Positions 8,319 to 17,449 of a DNA stretch of 64,000 bases are shown here, in pieces. Origin of the DNA: Candidatus Omnitrophota bacterium (GTDB taxonomy: Bacteria > Omnitrophota > Gorgyraeia > Zapsychrales > Fredricksoniimonadaceae). The position numbers and the translations under genes were made by a program. The notes under the pieces were generated by a model. It ran no database searches, was not told the DNA's origin, and was given only the letters and a program-made list of their open reading frames with translations. The DNA lies in contig JAGWKL010000008.1 of assembly GCA_028865345.1 (NCBI GenBank), forward strand, positions 9,291 through 73,290, in the 5' to 3' direction. Position 1 is the stretch's first letter. Each line of letters starts with the position of its first letter.

Positions 8319-11300
8319 ATGTTCAAAAGACCGTTAAGTCTGCTCATTATTTTTGCTTTTGTTTTAACATCCATAGGCCCTCTTTGCCCTGTTCCATGCT
8401 CTGCAGCAGTGGATGGATTAGGCCTGCCGGCGCCTGGGACCATGGTCAATTTAAGCCCGGCCTACCAACCGGTCATCATCAGAGGTTTGACCGTCCATAA
8501 AGACAACCCTTTCTTGTTCGACTTTATCGTGGATACCGGCCAGGATCACATGTCCGGAGAGCCTTTGAAAAAAGAAGGCGAAAAGCTCATCAAGTATTTT
8601 TTAGCCTCCCTGAGCATCCCTGACAAAGACGTATGGGTCAACCTCTCACCTTATGAGAAAGACAAGATCATTCCTGAAGTTTTAGGCCGGACGGGTATGG
8701 GCCGCGACCTTCTGGAGGAGGACTATATCCTAAAGCAGGTCACAGCTTCTCTCATTTATCCGGAGAGGCAATTAGGCAAGACCTTCTGGGACACGGTGTA
8801 TGCCAAGGCCCGGGCTATGTACGGCACAACGCAGATACCGGTCAATACCTTTAACAAGGTCTGGATCATGGCAGACAGGGCGCAGGTTTATGAGCATGGG
8901 CAAACCGCCTTTGTGGTGGATAGTCATTTAAAGGTGATGCTGCAAGAGGATTACCTGGCCCTGAAAAATCACGAAGGAGCGGTCGCGCATCCCCAAGGGG
9001 CGAAGCAATCACATTCCCTTGTCTCTCAAATTGTCCGTCAAATCATCCTTCCCCAACTTGAAAAAGAAGTCAATACCGGCAAGAACTTCGCTAAGCTTAG
9101 ACAAATATTCAATTCCATCATCCTGGCCAACTGGTACAAGAGGAATTTAAAGCAGGCGCTTCTCAACCAGGTATATGCCGATAAAGGGAAGGTCAAAGGC
9201 ATAAATTTAAACGATCCCAACGTCAAGGAACGGATTTATGAGCAATACCTGAAAGCCTACAAAAAGGGGGTCTTCAATTATATTCAGGAGGACATTAACG
9301 CCTCCGATGGTGCAAAGATACCAAGAAAATATTTTTCAGGAGGTATCAATGAGGGCATGGCTGCTGATCCTGCCATAACCCATGATGCGGCGGCTTTGGC
9401 CGCATCCTTGCCCCGCAGGACCATGGTTGATTTTATGACTGAAGCTTCCCCCTATACGGATAGGGCCATGAGTCATCGGAATGCTGTAAAGACCAAAACG
9501 GATTACAGGACAAAAAAGGATTTGGAGTACCCGTCGATCGAAGATCAGATAAACATAATAGCGGGGGTCAGAAGGTCTGTTATGGAACATCCTCCTGTTA
9601 AAGGGCAAAATTCAAAATACAGAATCCGCATCCTGAGCGCCCAATTCCTTGAGAAAAAAAGTGAGACGGGCTATTTGGAAAGTTTATACAGGTCCCCCGC
9701 ACTGGAGCAATTAAGGGAAAAAGGATACGCATTGAAAAAGGACGACAACGGGCTTTATCTGGAACGTAAGATTATTTCCCGGGAAGATCTATTGCGTATT
9801 TTCGCAGGGGTCTTGGGGAAATTACGGAGGGATTATTGGAAGGATGTCGTGCCCTTATATGGGCAGGGCAAGCTGTCTGAGAAAGATGTCCGCAGGGTTT
9901 CTTATCCGTCGGCCGGCATGGGATTGATTAAAGATGCCGGTGCTGTTTTTGATAACGGCAGGCTCTTGACATCCGGCCGGGATATTCAACAAGTTATTGG
10001 TAAAAATGCTTTTGTGCTTTGGCCGGCGGACGGTCAGAAAAATCTTTCATTTGCACTGGTCTTTACCGGCCGGGGCGGGGCGGTTCTTGACGCGGCGAGG
10101 GCATCTAAACCCGATGCCGCCATGACCGGCAGGGGCAAAAAGACCCATCCTCTCTATTTGAAAGTGCAGTCTTTATTTTCACAACCGCTTCAATTTGCCG
10201 ATGCGGTGGCCCGCGTCCCCGGGAAAAATGGAGGGGATGAAATCCGTATTAAACGCGAAAGTCCGGGCAGTTATCTTGTTCAACGGACCCTGCTTCCCGG
10301 CCCCGTACGCATAGAAAACAGCCAGGATAAGAATTTTTCTTTTAACTTTGCAATACGGGGTGGCCAATTCGTTATAGCTACCAACGCCATGGCCCCGGAT
10401 AGCGTGAAGTTTGTTTTTGAGCAAAAGAAACTGGAATGGGGGCCGGATCAATCCGTCAAAGAGGAAGTAACGACTAAAAAAAGAGAAATAAGAAATCTCA
10501 GCCTTAATCACTTTAACAGGCTGGGCGGCCTTTCCAATGGAGAGAGGATAGAAATTAATTTCGGCTACTACACACAGAAAATAGTTTTGACCTACAGGGA
10601 TGGGAGTCTGTTTTTGGAAAAGCCCTTTGAGTTGTCATCGAGGAATTCGATTTCTTTTGAGAGAAAAGACGGGACATATATATTGCGGGCTTCGGCGCAT
10701 TCGCATTTTGATCAGGCGAACATCAAAATTTATGCTGATACGGAATTTTCTTACAGGCCGATGCTTCCGGGCGGGCAAGCCGACCGGGCGATGACAAGCG
10801 CTCAAAAAAGGGTCGAAAGCAGTTTGCAGGACTTGATCGGGGAGGGTTTAGGGGTCATACACCCGGAAATCCTGGGCATTCTATCCATACCGGCCGTTTT
10901 AAAGGGGGGGAAAATAAGGGATGTGGAAAGCATTTTTGTTCATTTGAGGCAATTTGTTCCGATAACCCAGGAAGGTAAAATGTGGAACTCCACATTAAAT
11001 GACGAAGAGGCTGCTTTTTTAACTTGGGCGGTGATGATCAGAGACCAAACTAAAATTGAGAAGCTCTTAAGAAATTTTTATGGCAAATTCTCTTTAGGAT
11101 TGAATAGAAGAATATACCGTAGCGAAGCCGTTTTTTTGACCGTGGCTGCGGCGATCAGGGGCGGGGATGACGCTGCCGGTGAGGTGGAAAATGATTTTGA
11201 ACGGTTTGTGACTCCGGTGGAGAAAGGCGGGTATGGGCTGAAAGGACATTTTGCAAGTCTATTGACGATCGCGGCGCAATTGATGGAAAGAAAAGATATT

Positions 11301-11789
11301 CAGCGGCTCATGGATGTTTATGATTATTGGCATGTGAAAAAACAACAGGGACCGGAAGTGGCGGCGGTGTTGTCCATGGCGACGGTGAGTAAGGGGGCGG
11401 ATATTGAAAATGGGGAACATGAGATTAAAGGCGACTTTAAATTTAAGAAGAAATTAAGTTTGGACGGCAGGGAAGTGGAGCTTAATGAAAAAGCCCGTTC
11501 CTTTCTTGCCCTTGCCTGCGCCTTGGCCGATACCTCCGACGCGGCGATGACGGGGGCCCCTTTCGTTCCTGCCATGGCCGCCCAAAATCCCGGCGGTATC
11601 GATTTGAGCACCTCCGGCGGCATGCAGTGGAAAATCCGCAAGGATGGAGCCGGCGTCGAAATGAACATCGACCCTGCCATGGCGGCACGGATACGGGCGC
11701 GCGGCATCGACGGGCTTTCGCCGGTTATTTTCAAGATCACGCCGGTTACCGACGTCTGGGTGCTGGCCGGCTTGAAAGCCCCCGCCTGA
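8319..11789 (+). CDS. Large secreted modular protein 1: conserved N domain + DxAM-delimited variable modules + C-terminal GGIDL domain
   Basis: Signal peptide MFKRPLSLLIIFAFVLT...; N domain 8424-9344 clearly homologous to 55771-56694 (WVNLSPYEK, IPVNTFNKVWI, KKGVFNYI, PRKYFxGG); DRAM/DAAM at 9459, 10113, 10782, 11538; GGIDL at 11592. Confidence 0.9.
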   Translation: MFKRPLSLLIIFAFVLTSIGPLCPVPCSAAVDGLGLPAPGTMVNLSPAYQPVIIRGLTVHKDNPFLFDFIVDTGQDHMSGEPLKKEGEKLIKYFLASLSIPDKDVWVNLSPYEKDKIIPEVLGRTGMGRDLLEEDYILKQVTASLIYPERQLGKTFWDTVYAKARAMYGTTQIPVNTFNKVWIMADRAQVYEHGQTAFVVDSHLKVMLQEDYLALKNHEGAVAHPQGAKQSHSLVSQIVRQIILPQLEKEVNTGKNFAKLRQIFNSIILANWYKRNLKQALLNQVYADKGKVKGINLNDPNVKERIYEQYLKAYKKGVFNYIQEDINASDGAKIPRKYFSGGINEGMAADPAITHDAAALAASLPRRTMVDFMTEASPYTDRAMSHRNAVKTKTDYRTKKDLEYPSIEDQINIIAGVRRSVMEHPPVKGQNSKYRIRILSAQFLEKKSETGYLESLYRSPALEQLREKGYALKKDDNGLYLERKIISREDLLRIFAGVLGKLRRDYWKDVVPLYGQGKLSEKDVRRVSYPSAGMGLIKDAGAVFDNGRLLTSGRDIQQVIGKNAFVLWPADGQKNLSFALVFTGRGGAVLDAARASKPDAAMTGRGKKTHPLYLKVQSLFSQPLQFADAVARVPGKNGGDEIRIKRESPGSYLVQRTLLPGPVRIENSQDKNFSFNFAIRGGQFVIATNAMAPDSVKFVFEQKKLEWGPDQSVKEEVTTKKREIRNLSLNHFNRLGGLSNGERIEINFGYYTQKIVLTYRDGSLFLEKPFELSSRNSISFERKDGTYILRASAHSHFDQANIKIYADTEFSYRPMLPGGQADRAMTSAQKRVESSLQDLIGEGLGVIHPEILGILSIPAVLKGGKIRDVESIFVHLRQFVPITQEGKMWNSTLNDEEAAFLTWAVMIRDQTKIEKLLRNFYGKFSLGLNRRIYRSEAVFLTVAAAIRGGDDAAGEVENDFERFVTPVEKGGYGLKGHFASLLTIAAQLMERKDIQRLMDVYDYWHVKKQQGPEVAAVLSMATVSKGADIENGEHEIKGDFKFKKKLSLDGREVELNEKARSFLALACALADTSDAAMTGAPFVPAMAAQNPGGIDLSTSGGMQWKIRKDGAGVEMNIDPAMAARIRARGIDGLSPVIFKITPVTDVWVLAGLKAPA

Positions 11790-11833
11790 TAAAATCCCCC
11801 TCTTTTATTCAAATCATTTTTTTGCAAAGAAAA

Positions 11834-11861
11834 TTGACATTGAAAAAAACAGAAGTAAGAT
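11834..11861 (+). promoter_or_regulatory. Putative sigma70 promoter
   Basis: TTGACA-16 nt-TAAGAT upstream of 11909. Confidence 0.5.
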
Positions 11862-11908
11862 AAAAGTATAAATATTTCACTAACAATTTAAGGGCTAAAG
11901 GATGATTT

Positions 11909-12397
11909 ATGAAAAATCTGGTGCTGGTCGTGGTGGCGGTATTTGTACTGACAACGTTTATCGGCTGCAACAAAAAGAAAGAGCAAGAAGCTTTTGACAA
12001 CGGGGTTTCCACGGAAAATTCAGTTTCTGTTTCTGACAATTCCGCTCAAAATGTTGATATGAGCAACTCTATTCCTGTCGTCGTTGAAAATTCATCGGCC
12101 GCTTCCCAGGAGGTCAGCGAGCCTGCCATGGCCCCCAGTTCCGCGACGGGCACGGCCAGGCCCTCCAACAGTAAACAAATCCAGCAGGCCTTGAAAAACG
12201 CCGGCTTTTACAGCGGCGCCATCGATGGCAAGATCGGGCCGATGACCAAAAGGGCCGTCGAAGCTTTTCAGAAAAAGAACGGTTTGAAAGCCGACGGCAA
12301 GGTCGGTCCGAAAACATGGCAGGTTCTGTCCGGTTATTTAAATAAGGATGCGGAGGTGCCTAATCCTTCCGCCGAGAGTCAGGCCGTCGCGCAGTAA
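11909..12397 (+). CDS. Lipoprotein with peptidoglycan-binding (PG_binding_1) domain
   Basis: Lipobox FIGC; S/A-rich linker; IQQALKNAGFYSGAIDGKIGPMTKRAVEAFQKKNGLKADGKVGPKTW. Confidence 0.9.
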   Translation: MKNLVLVVVAVFVLTTFIGCNKKKEQEAFDNGVSTENSVSVSDNSAQNVDMSNSIPVVVENSSAASQEVSEPAMAPSSATGTARPSNSKQIQQALKNAGFYSGAIDGKIGPMTKRAVEAFQKKNGLKADGKVGPKTWQVLSGYLNKDAEVPNPSAESQAVAQ

Positions 12398-12404
12398 GAA
12401 TCAT

Positions 12405-12433
12405 TTGACAAGAAAATAAAAGTGAGGCATACT
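12405..12433 (+). promoter_or_regulatory. sigma70 promoter of cold-shock gene
   Basis: TTGACA-17 nt-CATACT. Confidence 0.65.
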
Positions 12434-12489
12434 TTTATCAGTAAAAATGCGCCAGGTGTGTCACGTACAAGTCAAGGAGGATCAAGGTA

Positions 12490-12693
12490 ATGGCAAAAGG
12501 TAAAGTCAAATGGTTCAACAATCAAAAAGGTTATGGTTTCATCACTCCCGAGAACGGCAAGGATGTTTTTGTCCATCACACTGCGATCAAATCAGACGGT
12601 TACAGGACCCTTGAAGAAGGCCAGGAAGTCGAATTTGACATTCAACAGGGCCCCAAGGGCGAGCAAGCCGTGAATGTTACTAAAGCATCATAA
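12490..12693 (+). CDS. cspA: Cold-shock protein
   Basis: [21 protein letters not shown]; AGGAGG RBS. Confidence 0.97.
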   Translation: MAKGKVKWFNNQKGYGFITPENGKDVFVHHTAIKSDGYRTLEEGQEVEFDIQQGPKGEQAVNVTKAS

Positions 12694-12709
12694 ACGCATG
12701 CGATTTCTA

Positions 12710-12743
12710 AGGCCCCGCCCCTAAAGCGGGGCCTATTTTTTTT
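12710..12743 (+). terminator. Rho-independent terminator
   Basis: AGGCCCCGC-loop-GCGGGGCCT followed by a T run. Confidence 0.85.
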
Positions 12744-12753
12744 GAAAGTTTTT

Positions 12754-13404
12754 ATGCCCGAAAAATTGATACGTGAAAAATTGCATCTTCCGTCAAACGG
12801 GGACAAGCTTCTGTTGCATTCCTGCTGCGCTCCCTGTTCGGCGGAATTAATGGAAGCGCTTTTGGAGTCGAAGATCGATTTTACCATTTTTTTCTACAAC
12901 CCCAACATCCATCCCCGTCAGGAATACGAGATCCGTAAAAATGAAAACATTAAATTCGCCCGGAAAATGAACATTCCCTTTGTGGACGCTGATTATGACA
13001 CCTCCAATTGGTTCGCGCGCGTCAAGGGCCTTGAATTCGAGCCGGAGAAGGGTGCCCGCTGCAGCGCCTGTTTTAACATGCGTTTTGAACGCACGGCGCT
13101 TTATGCCCATGAGCATGGTTTCAGGACCATTGTTTCGTCGCTGGGGATATCCCGCTGGAAAGACATGGACCAGGTCAATGAATGCGGCGCCAAAGCTGCG
13201 GCGCGTTACGAAGGCATGACCTACTGGACCTATAACTGGCGTAAAAAGGGGGGATCGGCCAGGATGTACGAAATTTCCAAGCGTGAAGAATTTTATCAGC
13301 AGGAATACTGCGGTTGCGTCTATTCCTTAAGGGACACCAACATGTATCGCGTCAGCAAAGGTCTGGCCCGCATTGAAATTGGAAAAAAATTCTATCAAAG
13401 TTGA
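12754..13404 (+). CDS. queH: Epoxyqueuosine reductase QueH (DUF208)
   Basis: [36 protein letters not shown]. Confidence 0.92.
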   Translation: MPEKLIREKLHLPSNGDKLLLHSCCAPCSAELMEALLESKIDFTIFFYNPNIHPRQEYEIRKNENIKFARKMNIPFVDADYDTSNWFARVKGLEFEPEKGARCSACFNMRFERTALYAHEHGFRTIVSSLGISRWKDMDQVNECGAKAAARYEGMTYWTYNWRKKGGSARMYEISKREEFYQQEYCGCVYSLRDTNMYRVSKGLARIEIGKKFYQS

Positions 13405-13405
13405 A

Positions 13406-13846
13406 ATGCCCTCGAGGCCGCCGAAGGTCACCGCTTCAGCCGGCGGAGTGGTCCTCAACGCCCGGGGAATGGTTTTGGTCATCAACCAAAATAAAAATTC
13501 CTGGTCCCTGCCCAAAGGCCATATTGAGCCCGGCGAGGAACCGCTCGACGCTGCCGTCCGTGAGATCATGGAAGAATCCGGGGTGGCTGATCTTGAATTT
13601 CTTAAAATATTAGGGACCTATGGGCGTTATAAAATAGGTAAAAATATCCAGGATGACAAACTTGAATGGAAGCTGCTGATATTCTTTTTATTCAAGACCG
13701 GACAAAATGAGTTAAAACCGCAGGACCCCCACCATCCGGAGGCCCGGTGGGTGGCCCCCGATGAAGTCGTCAATTTATTGACCCATCCCAAAGACAAGGC
13801 GTTTTTCAAAAGCATCCGTTCGCAAATCGGAAATGGATCCCGTTGA
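13406..13846 (+). CDS. NUDIX hydrolase
   Basis: WSLPKGHIEPGEEPLDAAVREIMEESG Nudix box. Confidence 0.9.
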   Translation: MPSRPPKVTASAGGVVLNARGMVLVINQNKNSWSLPKGHIEPGEEPLDAAVREIMEESGVADLEFLKILGTYGRYKIGKNIQDDKLEWKLLIFFLFKTGQNELKPQDPHHPEARWVAPDEVVNLLTHPKDKAFFKSIRSQIGNGSR

Positions 13847-14984
13847 TTACACTCAGGACTTTTCTTTAGACCCGGCTCACGTGTGGCTGAATGTGGCCAG
13901 TGAAGGGCCTCTGCCTAAAAAAGCCGCCGCCGCTTTACAAGAGGCCGTGGCCTGGAAATCCGCGGTGCATTTATTGACCGTTTCAAAATTTCAAACGGTC
14001 CCTCTGGAATTAAAGAAAACCATCGCGCGCCTTATCCGGGTGGACCACGGGGACGTGATCCTGGGCAACAGCGCCACCTACGGGCTGCACCTTTTGGCCA
14101 ACGGGCTTCAATTCAAAGCCGGGGATGAGGTCCTCCTTTTGCAGGATGATTTCCCGACGGACATTCTGCCGTGGCTGTCCCTGCAGTCCAGAGGCGTTGT
14201 TGTCCGCCAGCTTAAAGCCCAACACCATGTCCTGAGTTGCCGGGAGCTTGAAGAGGCTTTTTGCGCCCGGACAAAATTGGTCTGCCTGCCGCTTGTCCAT
14301 TCATTCACGGGATTTAAACAGGACATCGGCGCCGTCAGCAAACTATGCCGTAGTCGGGGCATTCTATGCGTTGCCAATTTGAGCCAGGCGGCCGGGGCCT
14401 TTGAGATCGACCTGCGGCAATGGCAGGTGGATGCGGTGGTTTGCGCCGGATATAAATGGCTGTTGGGCCCTTACGGGACCGGGTTTTGCTGGATAAGGCA
14501 AGAGGTGCGACGGCAATTGAACTATGCCCAAAATTACTGGATCAGCCTCATGGATGAAAGCAGCCTCAATGCGCAGGGGCCGCTTACTCTTAAGGACGAC
14601 CGTTCGGCCAGGCGGTATGATGTTTTCGGTACCGCTAATTTCTTTAATTTTGTGCCGTGGCACTCGTCCATTGAGTTTTTATTATCCATGGGGCTTCAAT
14701 CAGTCGAGCGGCATAACCGGTCATTGGTCGATCAACTGGTCGATGGGCTTGACTTGGGTTTGTTCGATCTGGTCAGTCCCGCGGCCCGCAATGAAAGGAC
14801 CAATATCGTCGTTTTCTCCTGCAAGGACCCTTCCCGCAACAAGGGACTGTTCGATCTTCTAAGTGCACAGGGTTTTCATTTGGCCCTTTGGAAAAACAAC
14901 TTGAGGGCATCTCCCCATATCTATAACACGCCCCAGGAAATAGTAAATCTGCTTAAGGCCCTTGATGCCTGTGCGGCAAAATAA
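13833..14984 (+). CDS. PLP-dependent aminotransferase class V (cysteine desulfurase-like)
   Basis: SQAAG, AGYKWLLGPYGTGF (PLP lysine), LRASPHIYN. Confidence 0.85.
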   Translation: MDPVDYTQDFSLDPAHVWLNVASEGPLPKKAAAALQEAVAWKSAVHLLTVSKFQTVPLELKKTIARLIRVDHGDVILGNSATYGLHLLANGLQFKAGDEVLLLQDDFPTDILPWLSLQSRGVVVRQLKAQHHVLSCRELEEAFCARTKLVCLPLVHSFTGFKQDIGAVSKLCRSRGILCVANLSQAAGAFEIDLRQWQVDAVVCAGYKWLLGPYGTGFCWIRQEVRRQLNYAQNYWISLMDESSLNAQGPLTLKDDRSARRYDVFGTANFFNFVPWHSSIEFLLSMGLQSVERHNRSLVDQLVDGLDLGLFDLVSPAARNERTNIVVFSCKDPSRNKGLFDLLSAQGFHLALWKNNLRASPHIYNTPQEIVNLLKALDACAAK

Positions 14985-15021
14985 AAAATATCCATAAAGG
15001 CCCGCGCAGGCTATAATGTGT

Positions 15022-15071
15022 CTTAATTAAAATTTCATCTTTTCCTTATTATAATTTTATAGAAACGATAT
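15022..15071 (+). promoter_or_regulatory. Candidate Pho-box-like direct repeats
   Basis: TTAAT, TTCAT, CTTAT, TTTAT, GATAT at exact 11-nt period directly upstream of a phoB-like gene. Confidence 0.4.
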
Positions 15072-15083
15072 AGGATCGTTATA

Positions 15084-15785
15084 ATGTCCAAGAAGAAGAT
15101 CCTCGTAGTCGAAGACGACCGCGATATCAGCGAACTTATTGCCTATAATCTTCAACGTGAAGGTTATGATGTGGCCTGTCTGTACGACGGCGCTCAGGTG
15201 GTGGACTTTGTCCGCAAGCGAAAGCCTGAATTGATCGTCCTGGATTTAATGCTGCCGGAAATCGACGGGATCGAGATCTGCCGTACCCTCAAAAGCGACG
15301 CCTCGACCGGGCATATCCCCATTGTCATGCTGACCGCCAAAGGCGAGGAGGCTGATGTGGTGGTGGGGCTGCAGATGGGGGCGGATGATTACATACCCAA
15401 ACCTTTCAGCCCCAAGGTCCTTGTGGCGCGGATCAAGGCCATCGGCCGCCGCACCTTGGATTTGAAACTGTCTTCCGCGGCGGCCCAGGATATCCGTAAT
15501 TTCGGTGAATTCAACATGGACCTGCTTAAGCACCGTATTTCCTACAAAGGCAGGGAAGTCAAATTGACCTCCATTGAATTTGATATCGTCGAATTCCTTT
15601 CCCGGACGCCCGGCAGGGTGTGGTCCCGCGAACAGATCCTGGACAATGTCTGGAAAGACGGGAAATTCATCATAGACCGCGCCGTCGATGTGCACATCAG
15701 GGGCTTGCGTAAAAAACTTCGGGAGGCTGAGAATTACATCGAAACGGTCAGGGGAGTCGGGTATCGATTTAAGGAAGTTGAATGA
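15084..15785 (+). CDS. phoB: OmpR/PhoB-family response regulator (PhoB/PhoP-like)
   Basis: REC (VEDD, LDLMLP, MLTAKGEE, GADDYIPKPF) + winged helix (VDVHIRGLRKKL, IETVRGVGYRF). Confidence 0.85.
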   Translation: MSKKKILVVEDDRDISELIAYNLQREGYDVACLYDGAQVVDFVRKRKPELIVLDLMLPEIDGIEICRTLKSDASTGHIPIVMLTAKGEEADVVVGLQMGADDYIPKPFSPKVLVARIKAIGRRTLDLKLSSAAAQDIRNFGEFNMDLLKHRISYKGREVKLTSIEFDIVEFLSRTPGRVWSREQILDNVWKDGKFIIDRAVDVHIRGLRKKLREAENYIETVRGVGYRFKEVE

Positions 15786-16966
15786 TCTATCTTCTCTGTT
15801 TTACCGTTGTTTTGGTCGCCCTGCTGGTCTTTTTGCTTTCGCGCCGCTTCTATCAACGCCGCATTTCCCAGATCCGTTATTCCCACGATAATGTCCGTGA
15901 CGATTATCTAAAACAGCTCACCACCTCAAGCGTCCAGCGTGAAAATTTCGAGACCATCCTCTCCAGCATGGTGGAAGGGGTCATTGTCATTGATGCCAAG
16001 GGCAGGATCCAGCATGCCAGTCCCAATTTCTGCCAATTGTTGGAATTGCGTTCCAAAGAGACCCAGGGCAAATTATACTGGGAAGTCATCTGGAACCAGG
16101 AGATCAACGATTCTCTCAGGGAGGCCCTTGCGCATAAGCGGGCCGTCAGAAAGGAGATCGGTATCCTGGATGCGCAGGAATCTTTTTTCAGCATGCAGAT
16201 CTCTCCTGTCATGGGCAAGGAAGACAAGCTTTTGAGTTTGATCGCGGTCTTCCACGACATTACCGAATTAAAGAAATTGGAGAAGGTCCGTACGGAGTTT
16301 GTGGCCAATGTGTCCCACGAATTAAAGACCCCCCTGACCGCCATCAAGGGTTTTGTGGAAACTTTGAGGAATTCCGTCAATGATGATCCTGCCGCCGTGG
16401 CGCGTTTTCTGGACATCATCAGCAAGCAGACCCAGCGCCTGGAGAATCTGGTCAGCGATCTTCTGATCCTGTCTTCCATTGAATCAAGGGAAGTCAGAAT
16501 GAATTTTGTGCCGGAGCCTTTAAGCCCGATTGTCGGTACTGTTGTGGCCTTGCAGAAAAAAGCCATCGAAGCCAAGGGGCATCGCCTCACCGTGGATGTG
16601 CCGGAGAGCCTTCCCAAGGTGTTGGTGGACCGCCAGCGGATGGAACAGGTGTTTTTGAACCTGCTGGACAATGCCGTCAAATTCACCCCGCCCGCAGGGC
16701 AGATCGCTGTCCGGGCGCGGTGGGAAAATCCTTATGTATGCGTTGAAGTCCAAGACAGCGGGGTGGGGATCCCTGCCGAGCACCTTTCACGGGTGTTTGA
16801 ACGTTTCTACAAGATCGATAAGTCCCGTTCCAGGGATGCCGGCGGGACGGGGTTGGGTTTGGCCATCGTCAAACATATCATTTCCGCCCATCAGGGGAAA
16901 ATTGAAGTTGAAAGCGCCGTGGACCAGGGTTCAACTTTCCGTATTTTCCTGCCTTGCCAGAATTAA
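15782..16966 (+). CDS. phoR: PAS-containing sensor histidine kinase, PhoR-like
   Basis: N-terminal TM, PAS, EFVANVSHELKTPLT, NLLDNAVKFT, FERFYKIDKSRSR, GGTGLGLAIVKH. Confidence 0.85.
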   Translation: MIYLLCFTVVLVALLVFLLSRRFYQRRISQIRYSHDNVRDDYLKQLTTSSVQRENFETILSSMVEGVIVIDAKGRIQHASPNFCQLLELRSKETQGKLYWEVIWNQEINDSLREALAHKRAVRKEIGILDAQESFFSMQISPVMGKEDKLLSLIAVFHDITELKKLEKVRTEFVANVSHELKTPLTAIKGFVETLRNSVNDDPAAVARFLDIISKQTQRLENLVSDLLILSSIESREVRMNFVPEPLSPIVGTVVALQKKAIEAKGHRLTVDVPESLPKVLVDRQRMEQVFLNLLDNAVKFTPPAGQIAVRARWENPYVCVEVQDSGVGIPAEHLSRVFERFYKIDKSRSRDAGGTGLGLAIVKHIISAHQGKIEVESAVDQGSTFRIFLPCQN

Positions 16967-16983
16967 TATGATATAATTAAACT

Positions 16984-17442
16984 ATGATTAGACTTTCAAT
17001 GGTTTTCTTTGCCTTTTTCTTGATGATGTCCTCATGTTCCTTGGCCTCCGGCATCAACGACGCCAAATTAAAACAAAAATACGGCTCGCAACTCACCCAC
17101 GCGCCCTTTTTCCTGCGCTATGCTTTTTTAAAAACCTACGGTGAGGATTGGGCGGACAGCAGTTATTCCCAACGGGAACCATTTCTTATGGACTATGAGA
17201 AAAACTTAGGCGTTGAAATGGCCCGGGAGAAAGCGGAGGACAGGGCCGAAGCCCAGGAGGAAAAACAACGCCAGGATGAGAGGAAGGACGAATTGCGCAA
17301 GGAAAGAGATAGGATAAAAGCCCAGTTGGATGAGGAAAAGGCTGAAGAAAAAGCGGACGAAGAACGCCAGAAATCATTCCAAAATCTTGTCAAAGACCAG
17401 GAAAGAAGTCTCCATTCGTTGGAACGGCAAGTTGTCCATTAA
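16984..17442 (+). CDS. Hypothetical exported protein with charged coiled-coil C-terminus
   Basis: Hydrophobic N-terminus (possible lipobox MSSC); E/K/R-rich helix. Confidence 0.7.
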   Translation: MIRLSMVFFAFFLMMSSCSLASGINDAKLKQKYGSQLTHAPFFLRYAFLKTYGEDWADSSYSQREPFLMDYEKNLGVEMAREKAEDRAEAQEEKQRQDERKDELRKERDRIKAQLDEEKAEEKADEERQKSFQNLVKDQERSLHSLERQVVH

Positions 17443-17449
17443 GAAAAAA

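Noticed and set aside
10380-10391. TNAM in protein 1 (also SNAM at 57091, VPAM near 11565 and DPAM at 11670) as extra junctions
   Set aside because: TNAM, SNAM and VPAM lack D/N at the -3 position. DPAM lies inside the conserved C domain and has no counterpart in the paralog. They were not counted as module boundaries, though they may be degenerate sites.
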